From: Stylophora pistillata
Lineage: Eukaryota
Assembly (NCBI RefSeq): GCF_002571385.2
Contig: NW_019217920.1
Location: forward strand, 522,944 to 586,943
Length of the DNA stretch: 64,000 bases
Reading direction: 5' to 3'
The notes beneath the pieces were generated by a model. The model was given only the letters and a program-made list of their open reading frames with translations, did no database searches and had not been told where the DNA came from. The position numbers and the translations under genes are program-made. Positions 1 through 11,548 of this stretch are shown one piece after another (the first letter of the stretch is position 1; every line of letters starts with the position of its first letter).

Positions 1-445
1 GAATGACAAGGACACATCGAAACCAGTCGCTAGACATTTTAATTTACCTAATCATTCTAAGCAACATATGGCAATCTGCGGTCTTTCCTTACACTTAGGT
101 AGCACGGAAAGCCGTAAAAATCTTGAACAAAAGCTCATCTTTCAAACCGGCAGTCTAAATCCCACAGGGATCAACGAACGCTTTTCATTCCACTAATTTA
201 TTCTTGTTTTTCTCGTTGCCATGTTCCCACCAATAACGTAGCTCCATTTTCTGCCTTTAAAAGCACACACAACCCACAATTCCTCTATTCGCTCCGACGA
301 AGGGCTAACGCTCGAAACGTCAGCTTTTGTAATCGTTACGGTGGCCAATTTACCATTTCAACTTTGTTGATGTATCCAAATTATTTCGTTACTCCCACCG
401 ACGCAGCCCCAAACAGTTTCTTTCGAAACTATTAGCCTTTATTCA
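1..445 (+). mobile_element. Penelope-like retroelement 3' end (GIY-YIG C-terminus plus pseudo-LTR), inside a DNAAF1 intron
   Basis: Translates to ..SKPVARHFNLPNHSKQHMAICGLSLHLGSTESRKNLEQKLIFQTGSLNPTGINERFSFH*, followed by a terminal repeat that recurs at 20592-20872 and 50660-50890. Confidence 0.8.
291..324 (+). ncRNA. Minimal hammerhead-ribozyme-like motif of a Penelope pseudo-LTR (core variant CCGACGA)
   Basis: gct-CCGACGA-a-gggc taac gctc-GAAA-cGTC-agc: stem I, stem II and core boxes present, with a U-to-C change in the CUGANGA box. Confidence 0.5.
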
Positions 446-1527
446 TATGACTGAAGCCTGAAAGTGAACATAAACCTTCCGGTCACGAAGCCATTCACAA
501 GATAGATGGAGCAGATGGACAGTAAAAGCCACATAGACACTCAGATATACTTAGCTGGATTAATCATAGTTAATTGACACTCACTGACTCAGACACTCAT
601 AAACTCAAACAAAGTTAAACAAAATTGTATAAAAAGGAACTCAGACAGGGATCAACATGGAGGCCATGCCCCTAAACAGGATGGACTTGGATACAATCAA
701 ACATATGTTAGGTGGTCACCCATAGGGAATGGAGGGGTGACTACATAATACAGGTTGACCACTTAATAAAGGTTCCACAGAATAGGAATATTATAAGAAA
801 TGATTAAAAAAAAAACACTGTATGCCATAATTGACCAACTCAAGTACAAAAACTTGCTCAAAAAATACTAAGTACTAACACTGATTTCAGAAGATGTTCT
901 GACTCGAAAAAACAAAGGAAAAGTTATCATGATTGTAGAATCTTTTCTATGGTTTGCTGCCTTAATTAATAAGTTAAAACAATTTCAAAACTTCTTAACA
1001 CTTAGTGTTCAAATGATAATATGCTTTTTGACTGGCTGAACAAGAAAATATTAGGCTCTCAGTCAACTGATGCACAGGCCAAGCTGCATGTTTCCACATA
1101 TCATGACCTTATAAGCTCAATATTTTGGCATCCCAACCTTCCCCTCACTCATTAAGTACATGTATATTTATAAATGTTAAGAAGGTGAAGATAAAATATA
1201 TGACTACATTCCTCATCACATTCTGTTGAAACACCTTCCTCCACTCTCAGTGTTGAGTTCTTTTCAGGTAGTTGAATATTCCTGTTACATAAATATTGAA
1301 AAGAGAGGAAGGATGACAAGAGGGGAGGGTGGAAATGTTTCTCTCAAAAATTGAGATAAGGATTGTAGCCTGTGTGGCATAAAAGAGGATGAAGGGTTTA
1401 CACAGATTCAAAGCACGGTTTTGGATCTGCAATTTAAAATGATTGCACTCAGTGCCCATCAACTCTCTCCTTTCTATTTTTGTAAGCTAGCTATGCATGC
1501 AGGCTTATAAGGTTCAATAAACTTTAC

Positions 1528-4266
1528 CTCAGATTAGAACATTCTGACAAATGTCTCAAGTCGTCAGCAGATGATAAACGGTTGTGCGATATCTGTAAAG
1601 TGCTAAGTTTGGGTATGGCACCTATTGAAGATACCATACAATCAGGATAAAAGTAAGTAATAAAAAAATAAAAACCTGACATGGTCTCTTAAATATGCAA
1701 GGAGGTGCACCGTGTATCTGAGGGCAATATTTAGTATTTGCAACTACATGCACATGTGTTATGGAAATTTGAAAACAAACTACAGGTGTGCTTCAAAATT
1801 GACCAGTCATTATTGTTTTATTTTCTTAGTTTTATTAACTAAAAAAAAAAAAACAAAAAAAAAAAACCTCAACTAATGTAGGTGTCATCCCTCGCTAGTG
1901 CCTCCGTACCTCATACAGCTCAGTATACAGTGACCGAGACATAATTTTTCCTTACAAAATCAATACAATATCAAGTAGACAAGTGATGAGAACAAAGAAA
2001 AATGTCAATGAGGGGATTATTAGTTGATTGAATATCAAATTCTCCAAACTAACATCACAAGAGTTACATGGCAGACAGTAAAGAAAATTACTGATGCAGG
2101 AATTTCATTGATGTTTCTAGCAGGAGGATAACTGGTTTTCATGGGGGGGGGGGGATTTTTTAAACTAAACTTCTTTATAGGATAAATTTCCTCCAAATTG
2201 TCAAATCAGGTGGACAAAACCATCCTCATGACCGAGAATATTAGTTATTAGGAAAATAATAATTTTATGGGTGTAATTGATTAAGAGGTGTGGTCATCAA
2301 ACAATTCCATGAAAGATGAAATTCAACCTAAGTTGTACAGTGACCGTATATACATACAAGATGAAGTAAACTTTATTTATTTTAATAAACAATGGAACAA
2401 GAACAAACTTACCAATGTTTTCAATTTTGGAAATGGTGTTGTTGCTAACATTAAGAGTATCCAGCTGTTGTAAATGTTCCACATTCTCTATCTTTGATAT
2501 GAGATTCTGCTGTAGGTATCTAAATCAAAGTAAAATTTTAAAAATGCTGCTAATTATACACAAATCTGGCATTATAAGGTCCACTGTGAATGTGCATGGA
2601 TGTGAACTCGATGTTAAAGCACAAAAAACTGTTTAAATGTCACAGGATCCTGATACAGTTTGTACAGGAGGCCATTTAACCCAAGATGCTTTGGATGACA
2701 ATATATAATGCTTGAGGAAAACCTGAGGTAAAACTCTGTAAATAACCCAAAGTGGCCAAGTAAAAATTGTACTTGATAGTAAGCGGTGCATGTTTAACAT
2801 AGTTTTCAACTCAGTTGATGTTATAAATTGGCTACTGTACAAAGTTTCTGATGCTGAGGTTTCAAGCTTTATCCCTTACCTTCAGCGTTTGCCTATCACT
2901 CTGACAAACGGCTGACAATCGAAATGTCAGCTTTAGATTAACACTCTACCATAGCCAGTTTACATTATCACCTCAATTGATTAAACCCAATTTTCTTGTA
3001 ATACGTCCCCTGCAACCTAGCACCACAGTTTCTAATAATAGAGACTTAACCCTTTAAAGACAATTTTATGGGGGCTTATCTTTACTGAAAATGATTGCCC
3101 ATGTATGTTTGATGTTCAAAAGGCGAGAAAGAGTTTCTACAAGAAAACCTCAACAACCCCTGCTTTAGGTAGTTTGTACTGTCATCTTTAAGATTTTGAC
3201 TGAAAAAGATCAAATAGAACTCACAGGCATCGCAACTCTTTCTGATAGTCCAGATTTTCTATCTTGTGAACTCCATTGCATTCCAACCATAAGCATTTTA
3301 AGCCTGTGTACTCCTCAAGGTTTTCTATCTTTGCAAACCCTGTAATAGTTATTAAGCTCAAATCACATGGTACAGGAAGTTAAAGGTAATAGTGCAGTAT
3401 TACTTTATTGTTGGCATGCTGAAGTGTAACATAAACCACCTAGCCACATTATGGTATGCACAAGCTTGGAAAATTTATTTAATAAAAAACATCATAATAT
3501 TTAGAATTGCTTAGCATTTTTCAAAAAGAATCAAACAATCTCATTGGGGTTGAATGGAGCTTTCTGTGGGAATTCAGTGGAATTGTTTTTGACTGAATTG
3601 GGCACTAAGCCTACACACGCCGCAGTCTGTCCACAAACGTTTACCAAGTGTCGACGTGCAAGCACTTTTGCAGCTTGCACAAGCTCGGAAAATTCCTCCA
3701 CTAAACGCCAAAATTATCTTCAGAGTCGCTTGACATCTCTGAACAAACACCTGATATTCTTGGCGTAAGATGTTTGAGAGCACCTTTCGGAGGAAATTAT
3801 TTGAAAAAATACGTCTGCCAAGTATATAGCCACAAGAAAAGACAAACCAAAAAAATTTTTAACAGCTCTAAGCTTTCGCAGGATGAAACGACATCGGTTT
3901 TTCAAGTTGATAATATAAAAACAATTACAAATTACCCCTAGCCAACCTTTCATGTAACACTTATCTAAATTAAATGCTCCCCGAAAGAAGCATTAATGTA
4001 ACTTACCTTTACCTAGAATAACGTACCTTTATAATGAAGGTAGAGAACATCGTTAAGATATGGCGTTCTGTACAATTTGTGATCTTTGCAAAGCTGAATT
4101 AGCACTTTCTTCGTAATCCTGTTGATAAGAAATGAGAATGCGTCAAGCCTGTACATACTTCTCGAGTCGAAATCGCCTGATCAGAGTTATCTCTTTCCTG
4201 TAACTACCTTGGATAGTTATCCTCTTCCTTTGCAACCATTTCATCCTTTAAAACGGCCGCTGGCAT
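1528..4266 (-). CDS. DNAAF1: Dynein axonemal assembly factor 1 (LRRC50/ODA7), 5' exons 4266-4208, 4118-4027, 3339-3225, 2519-2413, 1621-1528; the gene probably continues past the window start
   Basis: GT-AG spliced exons join in frame to [155 protein letters not shown]. This matches the diagnostic DNAAF1 N-terminus and its SDS22-like LRRs. Confidence 0.92.
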
Positions 4267-4802
4267 GGTTCAAAACGATGAATTTGTTACAAAATAATGC
4301 GGTTTGGACAAAGCACTTTTTCAAAATGGCGCCTTGACAANNNNNNNNNNNNGGGATGACATTTTCATACGGGAATGCAAACCGATATCGAAACTACATT
4401 TGAACGTCCGCGTACGATATAAACATCTTTATTTATCTACTAAATCATCCTTAAATGAGCTATTACAGTTAATCACTTATCCTATTCGACGCCCTTTAGT
4501 CGTACAAGTTGTGCGATATTTTTCATTTCTCTACTTGAAAATGATAGTGCACTGATGTGATGTAAATGCGTTCTATTGTTTGGCTATTTTCTATTTGTAA
4601 TGTTTCTCAGAAACCTCACCAACTTGAATCTCATTTGCATTCACTGAATCAAGTTTCTGTCGAAATAAATAAAAATTGCTAATTTACTGAGAATCAAACA
4701 TCTTAGTTCACTATACAGTAGGAACAGCAGTTTGCAGTTTGCAGTTATATTTAGTCAGGACCTTTATAAGTTATCGCTGATAATTTACCCGCTCTCTCCA
4801 TT

Positions 4803-5588
4803 TCATTTCTTCGATGCATTTTGATAAGCCCATTTTTCAGGTCGTATCTTGTTGAAACTTTCCTTTTCCTGCAGAAGTCCATCATAATTATCCCTTATGG
4901 AACTTAAAGATTCGCCGGTAAAACCTCTTTGCAAAACAGATTTCACTCTTTCTACTATACTCCGGCAATTTCTCTCCGCGTTGTGGTGCTTCTCGTGTGA
5001 ATCAGCCACCGCATTGTAGCACTTACTGATGACAAATGTGACAGCGCCAAGGGCGAAGACGGCAATAGCAGTCTTCTTTGACCAAGGATCGCCTAGCAGC
5101 GGCACTTTCCAGTCGAGAAACAGTGCCCTAAAGCCTGCCAATGCTCCTCCAAAGATAAGAAGTGAGACAAATAGGATGAACTTCCACTTTCCGTAGTATT
5201 CGGCACACAAATAGTGGGCACGCGCATCCACTTCCATTTCATTTTGCAATCTAAGAATGTCATTTCTTACTCTTTCCCATTCTCTTTCTTCGCGTTCCTT
5301 CCGTTGTATTTCTTCGAGTTCCTTCCGTTCTAATTCTTCGCGTTCCTTACGTTCTATTTCTTCGCATTTCTTCCGTTCTCTTTCCTCGACTTCTCTCAAT
5401 ACTCTTTCTACGTGTTCTTTTAAGTCTCTTTCTTGGCGTTCCTTTCGTTCTCTTTCCTCGACTTCTTTCAATACTCTTTCTACGTGTTCTTTCAATTCTT
5501 TTTCTACGCGTTCCCTCTGTTCTTTTTCTTCCTGTTTCTTCCGTTCTGTTTCCTTATCTTGAAAAAGGTAGTTCGATACTGAAGCCAT
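4803..5588 (-). CDS. SLATT-like 2TM protein, subfamily A copy 1 (intact, 261 aa, long E/R/K coiled-coil N-terminus)
   Basis: Intronless ATG-to-stop ORF: EMEVDARAHYLCAEYYGKW, TM1 FILFVSLLIFGGALAGF, TM2 TAIAVFALGAVTFVI, SHEKHHNAERNC, YDGLLQEK, PEKWAYQNA. Six other near-complete paralogues are in the window. Confidence 0.8.
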   Translation of the reverse strand: MASVSNYLFQDKETERKKQEEKEQRERVEKELKEHVERVLKEVEERERKERQERDLKEHVERVLREVEERERKKCEEIERKEREELERKELEEIQRKEREEREWERVRNDILRLQNEMEVDARAHYLCAEYYGKWKFILFVSLLIFGGALAGFRALFLDWKVPLLGDPWSKKTAIAVFALGAVTFVISKCYNAVADSHEKHHNAERNCRSIVERVKSVLQRGFTGESLSSIRDNYDGLLQEKESFNKIRPEKWAYQNASKK

Positions 5589-6766
5589 TGTGCTCGAGTG
5601 CGAACACTAATAGCCCTTATCGCATTTACGCCCACTGTACGAGAGCTCAGCGGACTTTGAAGTTTCGAAACGAGGCTATCGGGTCACACAGGTAAAACTT
5701 TCAAGCAAAATCAAACGGCTACGTTTGGAGGCATTTTTATTAATTTTCTTAAGGATACAGCGTCTTCTCGTCATGGTTAGGCATTAGGGAGTTTAAGCAA
5801 ATCACTACGGCTGGCGCTACTACGGCTACCGGAAGTAAAATTGTCGAGAAACGAGTCATTGCGCATGTCAGTGGTTACCATCCAGCCATAGCGGGAAATC
5901 CCTCTGCGCGAGTGGGAAGGTTTCGGCGTAGTCTGTGGTACGTGAACTCATCTCGCTTCTTTCTTCGCTTTATACATTCTCCTGAGCAACTTTAACTATT
6001 GAAATACGCTTAACATCTTTAAAAATAGCTTATCGTGAATATTTATCAAGCTTGCTGTCCCTTACCGAGTGAATCTGCCTTTATTTTTGCAGCCGGGTTT
6101 GTCGAAGGATCGAAGCAGTGTGCACATGGAGAACGCAGCGAACGCCAGGAGAAATACATAAGTAGAAAGTCTAACTTTTCCTTTTCAAACCTTAAAGACT
6201 ACTTGAAATTCAAATAGCTGAAGCCGAGGAATGACGAGGGTTATGAAGGACCGTGTAGAAACGTTGCTTTGGTGTTTATAAGCTCCAAACTGGCAATTTT
6301 ACAACACGTAAGCTTAAATATTTTAATTCACTCATTCACTGTGCACAGGATCGCTATGTNNNNNNNNNNNNNCTATAGCAGGAAGATTCATGGAGACGAG
6401 TGTGACAACAAAGTCTCAGCAGATCACTGCACTGTAAGGTCACTCTGAGAAAGGTGGGTACCAGTCCCCAGGCCAGGCGCGCTCTCCAGTCGTGGTCCGG
6501 ACAAGTAAAGCTTGATAGGGTTTGGTGACAGAGATGCGCTCCTTGAAATTGATGGCGCCGAAGGAATCTATGGTGACATCACAGTCTTCTAAGCTCTGGC
6601 CAAAGTATTCACATGGCAGTTCCATGGAAGGCTGCGTGTTTATGAAAAGAGGATGTTCCTTGAGCTTCAATATTTTTTGGTCCTTGTAATGGTAACTATC
6701 ATAATGATGATGATGATGATGAAAGAAATAATAATAACAAAAATAGAAATAATAATAATAATAATG

Positions 6767-6802
<36 letters not shown>

Positions 6803-6805
<3 letters not shown>

Positions 6806-7410
6806 GGAGTTATAGACGAGATACCACCCTGGTACTCACCCGACAAGCCCAAGCCCGTGTATGAGTCAGAGAATGTTAAAACTTATTGGGATGTCCCTAT
6901 ATATGCTGATCAACAAGAGGTCAGATGCAATAGGGTGGATACACGCATTGTAAATCATATGTGCAAGAGAGTTGTGAAGCTGGAAATGAGCTGCCCGTGG
7001 GTTAACAATCGGACAGGAAAGGATGAAGAGAAGACACTGAAGTACGGACCCCTTCGCTGGGAACTAAGGCAGCAGTTCCCAGGCTACGAAGTGAAGAAAT
7101 ATAAAATCATAATGGATGCCCTTGGGGGGTGGTCACGGGAGCTGGATGTCATGATGCGTGAGCTGGTGGGAGGCAGAAGCACAGACGTACTGCGTAAGAT
7201 GCAGAGGGCAGTGCTCTCGGGCACGTTTAATATTCCCCGGACTTTCATGGTGGCAGTTTGAGTTCCTGTTAGAAGGAGGACCGTGGACACAACGGAAAAG
7301 CTTTTTAAGATTAGTTAATGTACATTTTTTTTTTACTCCATGGCTCACAGGTTACGGTTTTCGCCCTGTGCTGCTTAATTAGAATGTAGCATTCAGTTGA
7401 TTTCTCTGCG
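6803..7410 (+). mobile_element. 5'-truncated non-LTR retrotransposon with restriction-like endonuclease (R4/Dong-like) in a (TAA)n tract
   Basis: PWYSPDKPKPVYESENVKTYWDVPIYADQQEVRCNRVD..KLEMSCPW..KDEEKTLKYGPLRWEL is an RLE domain C-terminus. It is flanked by (ATA)n and (TTA)n. Confidence 0.7.
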
Positions 7411-8156
7411 ATTATAATTATTATTATTATTACTCATTATTAAAATTCAGGCCTGTACGGGATTCGAACCACTGACCTGCTCCCAGTTGGCTTGTTAGCT
7501 CTATTGGTAACAGGCCTGAATTTTTTCACGTCTGATTTTCACTATTGCTTAAATAGTGCTCTTTACCGCTAGGATCGTGCACAAATACGTTTCTATAACC
7601 GCAGTTCAGATATGTGAATTTCATTTATTCGTTGTGTTTGAATAATAATAATAATACAGTAAATACTTTGAAGAATTCAGGTTTAACATGTGATGGTGTG
7701 GTCTGATCGGACTCTACGCAATGCCTAACCTACGGTACTATCTACTGACTATGAATAGCTGGTTAAATAATGCAACTTAGATAGACTCCCCTCAACCGGT
7801 GTGAACTACTACTGGCACCATGCAAACGACTTATTCACGACATTAACATCACAAACGAACCGAACAGAACGACCCAACTTTATATACCAACGGATCGAAA
7901 CCGACCAATCACGACCGCCTACGCCACTTGAGTCATCACAGCAAAACTGACCAATCAATTTATACGAACTGGACTCAGAACATTCAACATGACTTCCACT
8001 CAGGTTGTCGAAACGTCAGTCACCACTAATGACTACAGTCCTTCTCAGGACTACACTCATCAGGACGATCAGACTACACTTTGACAATAATAGTGTTAAT
8101 AATAATGATAATGATAATAATAATTATAATAATAACAATAACAACAATAATAATAA

Positions 8157-8850
8157 TGATATAACATTACCATCATATGGGACATGCCAGTCAATACCGA
8201 CAGAACTATAACAGCGGACAAACCAGACATCGTCTTTAAAAATTCAGTGAATTCCACCAGAAGGTTAGCTCAATGGATAGAGCGCTGGACTTATGTGCGG
8301 GAGGTCGAGGGTTCGAGCCCCGGCCGGACCAACACTCAAGGTCTTAAAATAATTGAGAACAATATGCTGCCTTTCTATATCATCAAGAAATGGTTTAGAT
8401 ATTCTAGTCTTCTCGGATAGGGACGAATAAATGGAGGTCCCGTCTCCTGCAGGGTTAGGGGTAGGAGACGTTAATTTCCCACGCACGAGATTACTTTGTG
8501 ATGGATGTCCTCCCCTGGGGTGGGATGGGTGGGTTGTTGTCTTGTGTTTCATACATGAGCCTCTTGCTCGGGCAATATGGGTAACCATGCCCCACGTAAA
8601 GACATTAAAAACTTTGATTACTGCAAACTGATTGATATGAATGTTCCATCAGATAGAAACATCGCTCTAAAAGAAATGGAAAGTACCAGAAACAGCTACT
8701 GTGGCAGAGATTAAAAAAGTCTACATGCTAAGATCCACGCGAATCCTCAGAAAGGTGCTTAGTGTATGAACAGAATGATTGACTTGAGTGACTGATGCCC
8801 TTAGTGCATGCTTTACGCTCGGCTGGTGCCCAAAAAGGACACCAGCAAAA
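8157..8850 (+). mobile_element. Second degenerate RLE-type non-LTR fragment, interrupted by a SINE
   Basis: WDMPVNTDRTITADKPDIVFKN..[SINE]..CKLIDMNVPSDRNIALKE, with (AAT)n on both sides. Confidence 0.6.
8256..8618 (+). mobile_element. tRNA-derived SINE
   Basis: Head ggttagctcaatggatagagc..gggttcgagccccggccgg carries A and B boxes. The body is shared with 38056-38330. Confidence 0.75.
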
Positions 8851-8869
8851 ATAATAATAGCAATATTGA

Positions 8870-8908
<39 letters not shown>

Positions 8909-9696
8909 CAATATTAGTAATAATACAAATGATACGAATCTGACCCAGAGCCCCCTCGTTTTTCAGCTCGGCCGTTACCGTCGAGCCATTTAATTTTGTG
9001 AACCGAGTTACTAAATGAACGCCAGCAACAGGCAACCACTTACTGAGAGCCTGAAACAGACTAACTAGCTCCCATAATTGCAATTGCAGCAACACCCGAA
9101 AATTGATTGATTGTTATTACTGTTTTATAGCATTCCTCTGGTGAATGTCTTTCCAAATGACATTGGTGAAGATAACCCTAACTCTGACCCTAACCATAAC
9201 CGAGCTTGGCGAGGTCATTCAGGGAAGCAAATCTCTGAAGGAAAGTAATATCCTTCCGTGGTCGATCACGTAAACTACAAACATTGCCCCGTCCCTATAT
9301 AAATATATATATATATAAACTCTATGTGTAGCTGTAGCTTATCAGAGCCTCCAGTCCCCTTCCCCCTAGACTGCATTACCGCGACTCTTTTTTCCAGGTA
9401 GATTTGAAATTAGATTTAGCCTCTATAGCAGGAAGATTCATGGAGACGAGTGTGACAACAAAGTCTCAGCAAGGACCTAATCGATCATTTCTCGATCTTG
9501 GAGATTCGTAAGGAGGTCTGACATTAATGACAGTACAGCGATTTTTTTTATTCGGGAACCCTAACCAGAACTGAAATCGAAATCCCGCATCTAGTCACAC
9601 TTGGGGATCCATACAACTAACGAAAAAAATGGCGTTCGGCGATAAAAGTTTGCAAACTACAATCTAGTTTTTTTTTTTGGCCAGTAAAAGAGCACT

Positions 9697-11333
9697 AAAC
9701 TAGCTAAGTAACCTGATAGGTCTTTGCTTACGACCTATCGGTTTCCTTAGCAAGAATTTTGTCTCCTGTCACATGTAACTCCAGTTACACAGTGAAGAAC
9801 TCAGAAGAATTTGCGTACATCATCAGTAAAGAGATCCATCCATACAGGCGAAGTAATGATATCCTTTGACATCGAGTCGCTATTCACCAACGGCCCTATA
9901 GAAGAAACAGTACAGGCTGCGTTACATAGACTCAACAACGATCGAGCCTACCAGACCGCACAGCGCTCACACCTACCCAGATTGGAGACGTTCTGAATTT
10001 CGTCTTGAGATCCACACACTTTAAGCACAACTGAGCCCTCTACGAGCAACAAGGAGCACTGATGGGCAGCCCGATTTCCGCTGTAATTGCCGATCTATAA
10101 ATGGAAGCTTTCGAAGAACAAACCTTAGCTACCGCCCTAGAAACACCGAGAATATGGAAGCGCTATGTAGATGATACGTTCACCGACATAAAACAGCACA
10201 ACGTCGATAATTTCCTGAGCCACCTCAACCAACAACATCCGTCTATCCGTTTCACCATGGAAACTGAGAATAACAACAAGATCGTCTTTCTCGATACCCT
10301 TGTAATAAGGGAACCAGACGGTTAACTATACACAAGTGTATACAGAAAGCTCACACACACAGACCAGTACCTCGCGTATGATTCGCACCATCAATAAGCA
10401 GTTAAACGTGGCATTGTCAAGTGTTTACATGATCCGGCTAAACGTATCATCACTAAGCCATCAGGAACAGCTCAGGAGAAGAAATGTCTATCTACAGTTC
10501 TCGTCGCCAACGGCTACCCTTTGTCCTTCTTACAGAAGGTGACCAAAACCAGGAATCCAACACCAAACTAAAAGAAAACAGCAGAATTCATGTCTACCAC
10601 AGTGCTGCTATACATCAAAGGAGTCTCAGAAACCCATCCGCCGCAACCTACAGCAACAAGGAAAACGTACCGTCTTTAAGTCCGACATCACACTAAGGTC
10701 AGTCGGCTGGCCATGGTCAGACCAAAAGATCCCGCTGACCCAAACAAGCAAGATGGCGAAGTCTACAAGATACCATGCACATGCGGTAAAGTCTATATCG
10801 GGGAAACAGGACGACCATGCAAGAAAGAATAAAAGAACACGACAGGGATATACAACTCGCGCGCACTCAGAATTCTGCGGTTTCAGAACATGCTAACGGA
10901 ACCGCACACAAGCCGTTGTGGAACGAAATAAAGCTTATTGACTGAGGCAGCCACTAGTACACAAGAAAAGGGAAAGAGGCAATTCACGTAAGACTCAACC
11001 CAAACAACATAAACAGGAACAACGGAGCCGAAATACCGGAAGCGTGGATACCGACAATCAGAAGACATCAAAACCAACGACGCACGAAAAATCAGTAAAC
11101 GCCTGAGGAAACCATGGCACATGGAAACAATAGCCGGATGAAATGCACCAATCGCAACAGACCACAATGATGCATAATGCTGTGCCGCAACCAGTCGACT
11201 CCATCGCCTGAAGAAGACTTGTAGTAAGCAGTCGAAACGTCGCGTTCTACATCTAGTGACTTCGTCGTGAGACAACAGAACAAATTTATATTATCATCCA
11301 GCCACCACGATGAACAACGACCTATTTCATAAC
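9697..11333 (+). mobile_element. Degenerate Penelope-like element (RT + GIY-YIG) with 11-bp target-site duplication
   Basis: SFDIESLFTN, MGSPISAVIA, WKRYVDDTF and VYKIPCTCGKVYIGETGR motifs with stops and frameshifts. TSD aaaagagcact at 9686-9696 and 11334-11344. The empty site is visible in the paralogous block near 33105. Confidence 0.88.
11205..11244 (+). ncRNA. Minimal hammerhead ribozyme motif at the Penelope 3' end
   Basis: cgc-CTGAAGA-a-gacttg..cagtc-GAAA-cGTC-gcg: canonical core boxes and pairable stems I and II. Confidence 0.6.
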
Positions 11334-11548
11334 AAAAGAGCACTTTTGGCCGGTGAACTGAGCTAAACCATAGGTAAGGCTTGAATGAGAAAAAATAATT
11401 TTGAAAAAAAAGTTCAAAATTTTGTCGTCATCGGACGACTAAATAGTGTTATCATCCTCGTCTTAACGATGTTACAGTCGTCCCGGACGACTTGGCGACC
11501 GCTAATATTGAACCCTGCACACTACATTCACCCCTCCGTGTTGAAAAA

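Noticed and set aside
5257-5562. Ser/Arg/Phe-rich plus-strand ORFs (also 31585, 36192, 40888)
   Set aside because: Antisense shadows of the E/R/K tracts of the SLATT-like genes.
5893-5902. NF-kB consensus GGGAAATCCC ~300 bp upstream of SLATT A1
   Set aside because: Single occurrence within a probable dispersed repeat, and not seen upstream of the paralogues.
6373-6422. 49-bp exact copy of 9423-9471
   Set aside because: Directly abuts an N gap, so it is likely a scaffolding artefact.
6653-6852. Poly-Ile/Asn hydrophobic ORFs (also 8721, 42108)
   Set aside because: Translations of (ATA)n microsatellites.
8263-8330. tRNA gene (also 38059-38125 and ~7450-7520)
   Set aside because: The tRNA-like head continues into a shared body and tail with a poor acceptor stem; these are SINEs.
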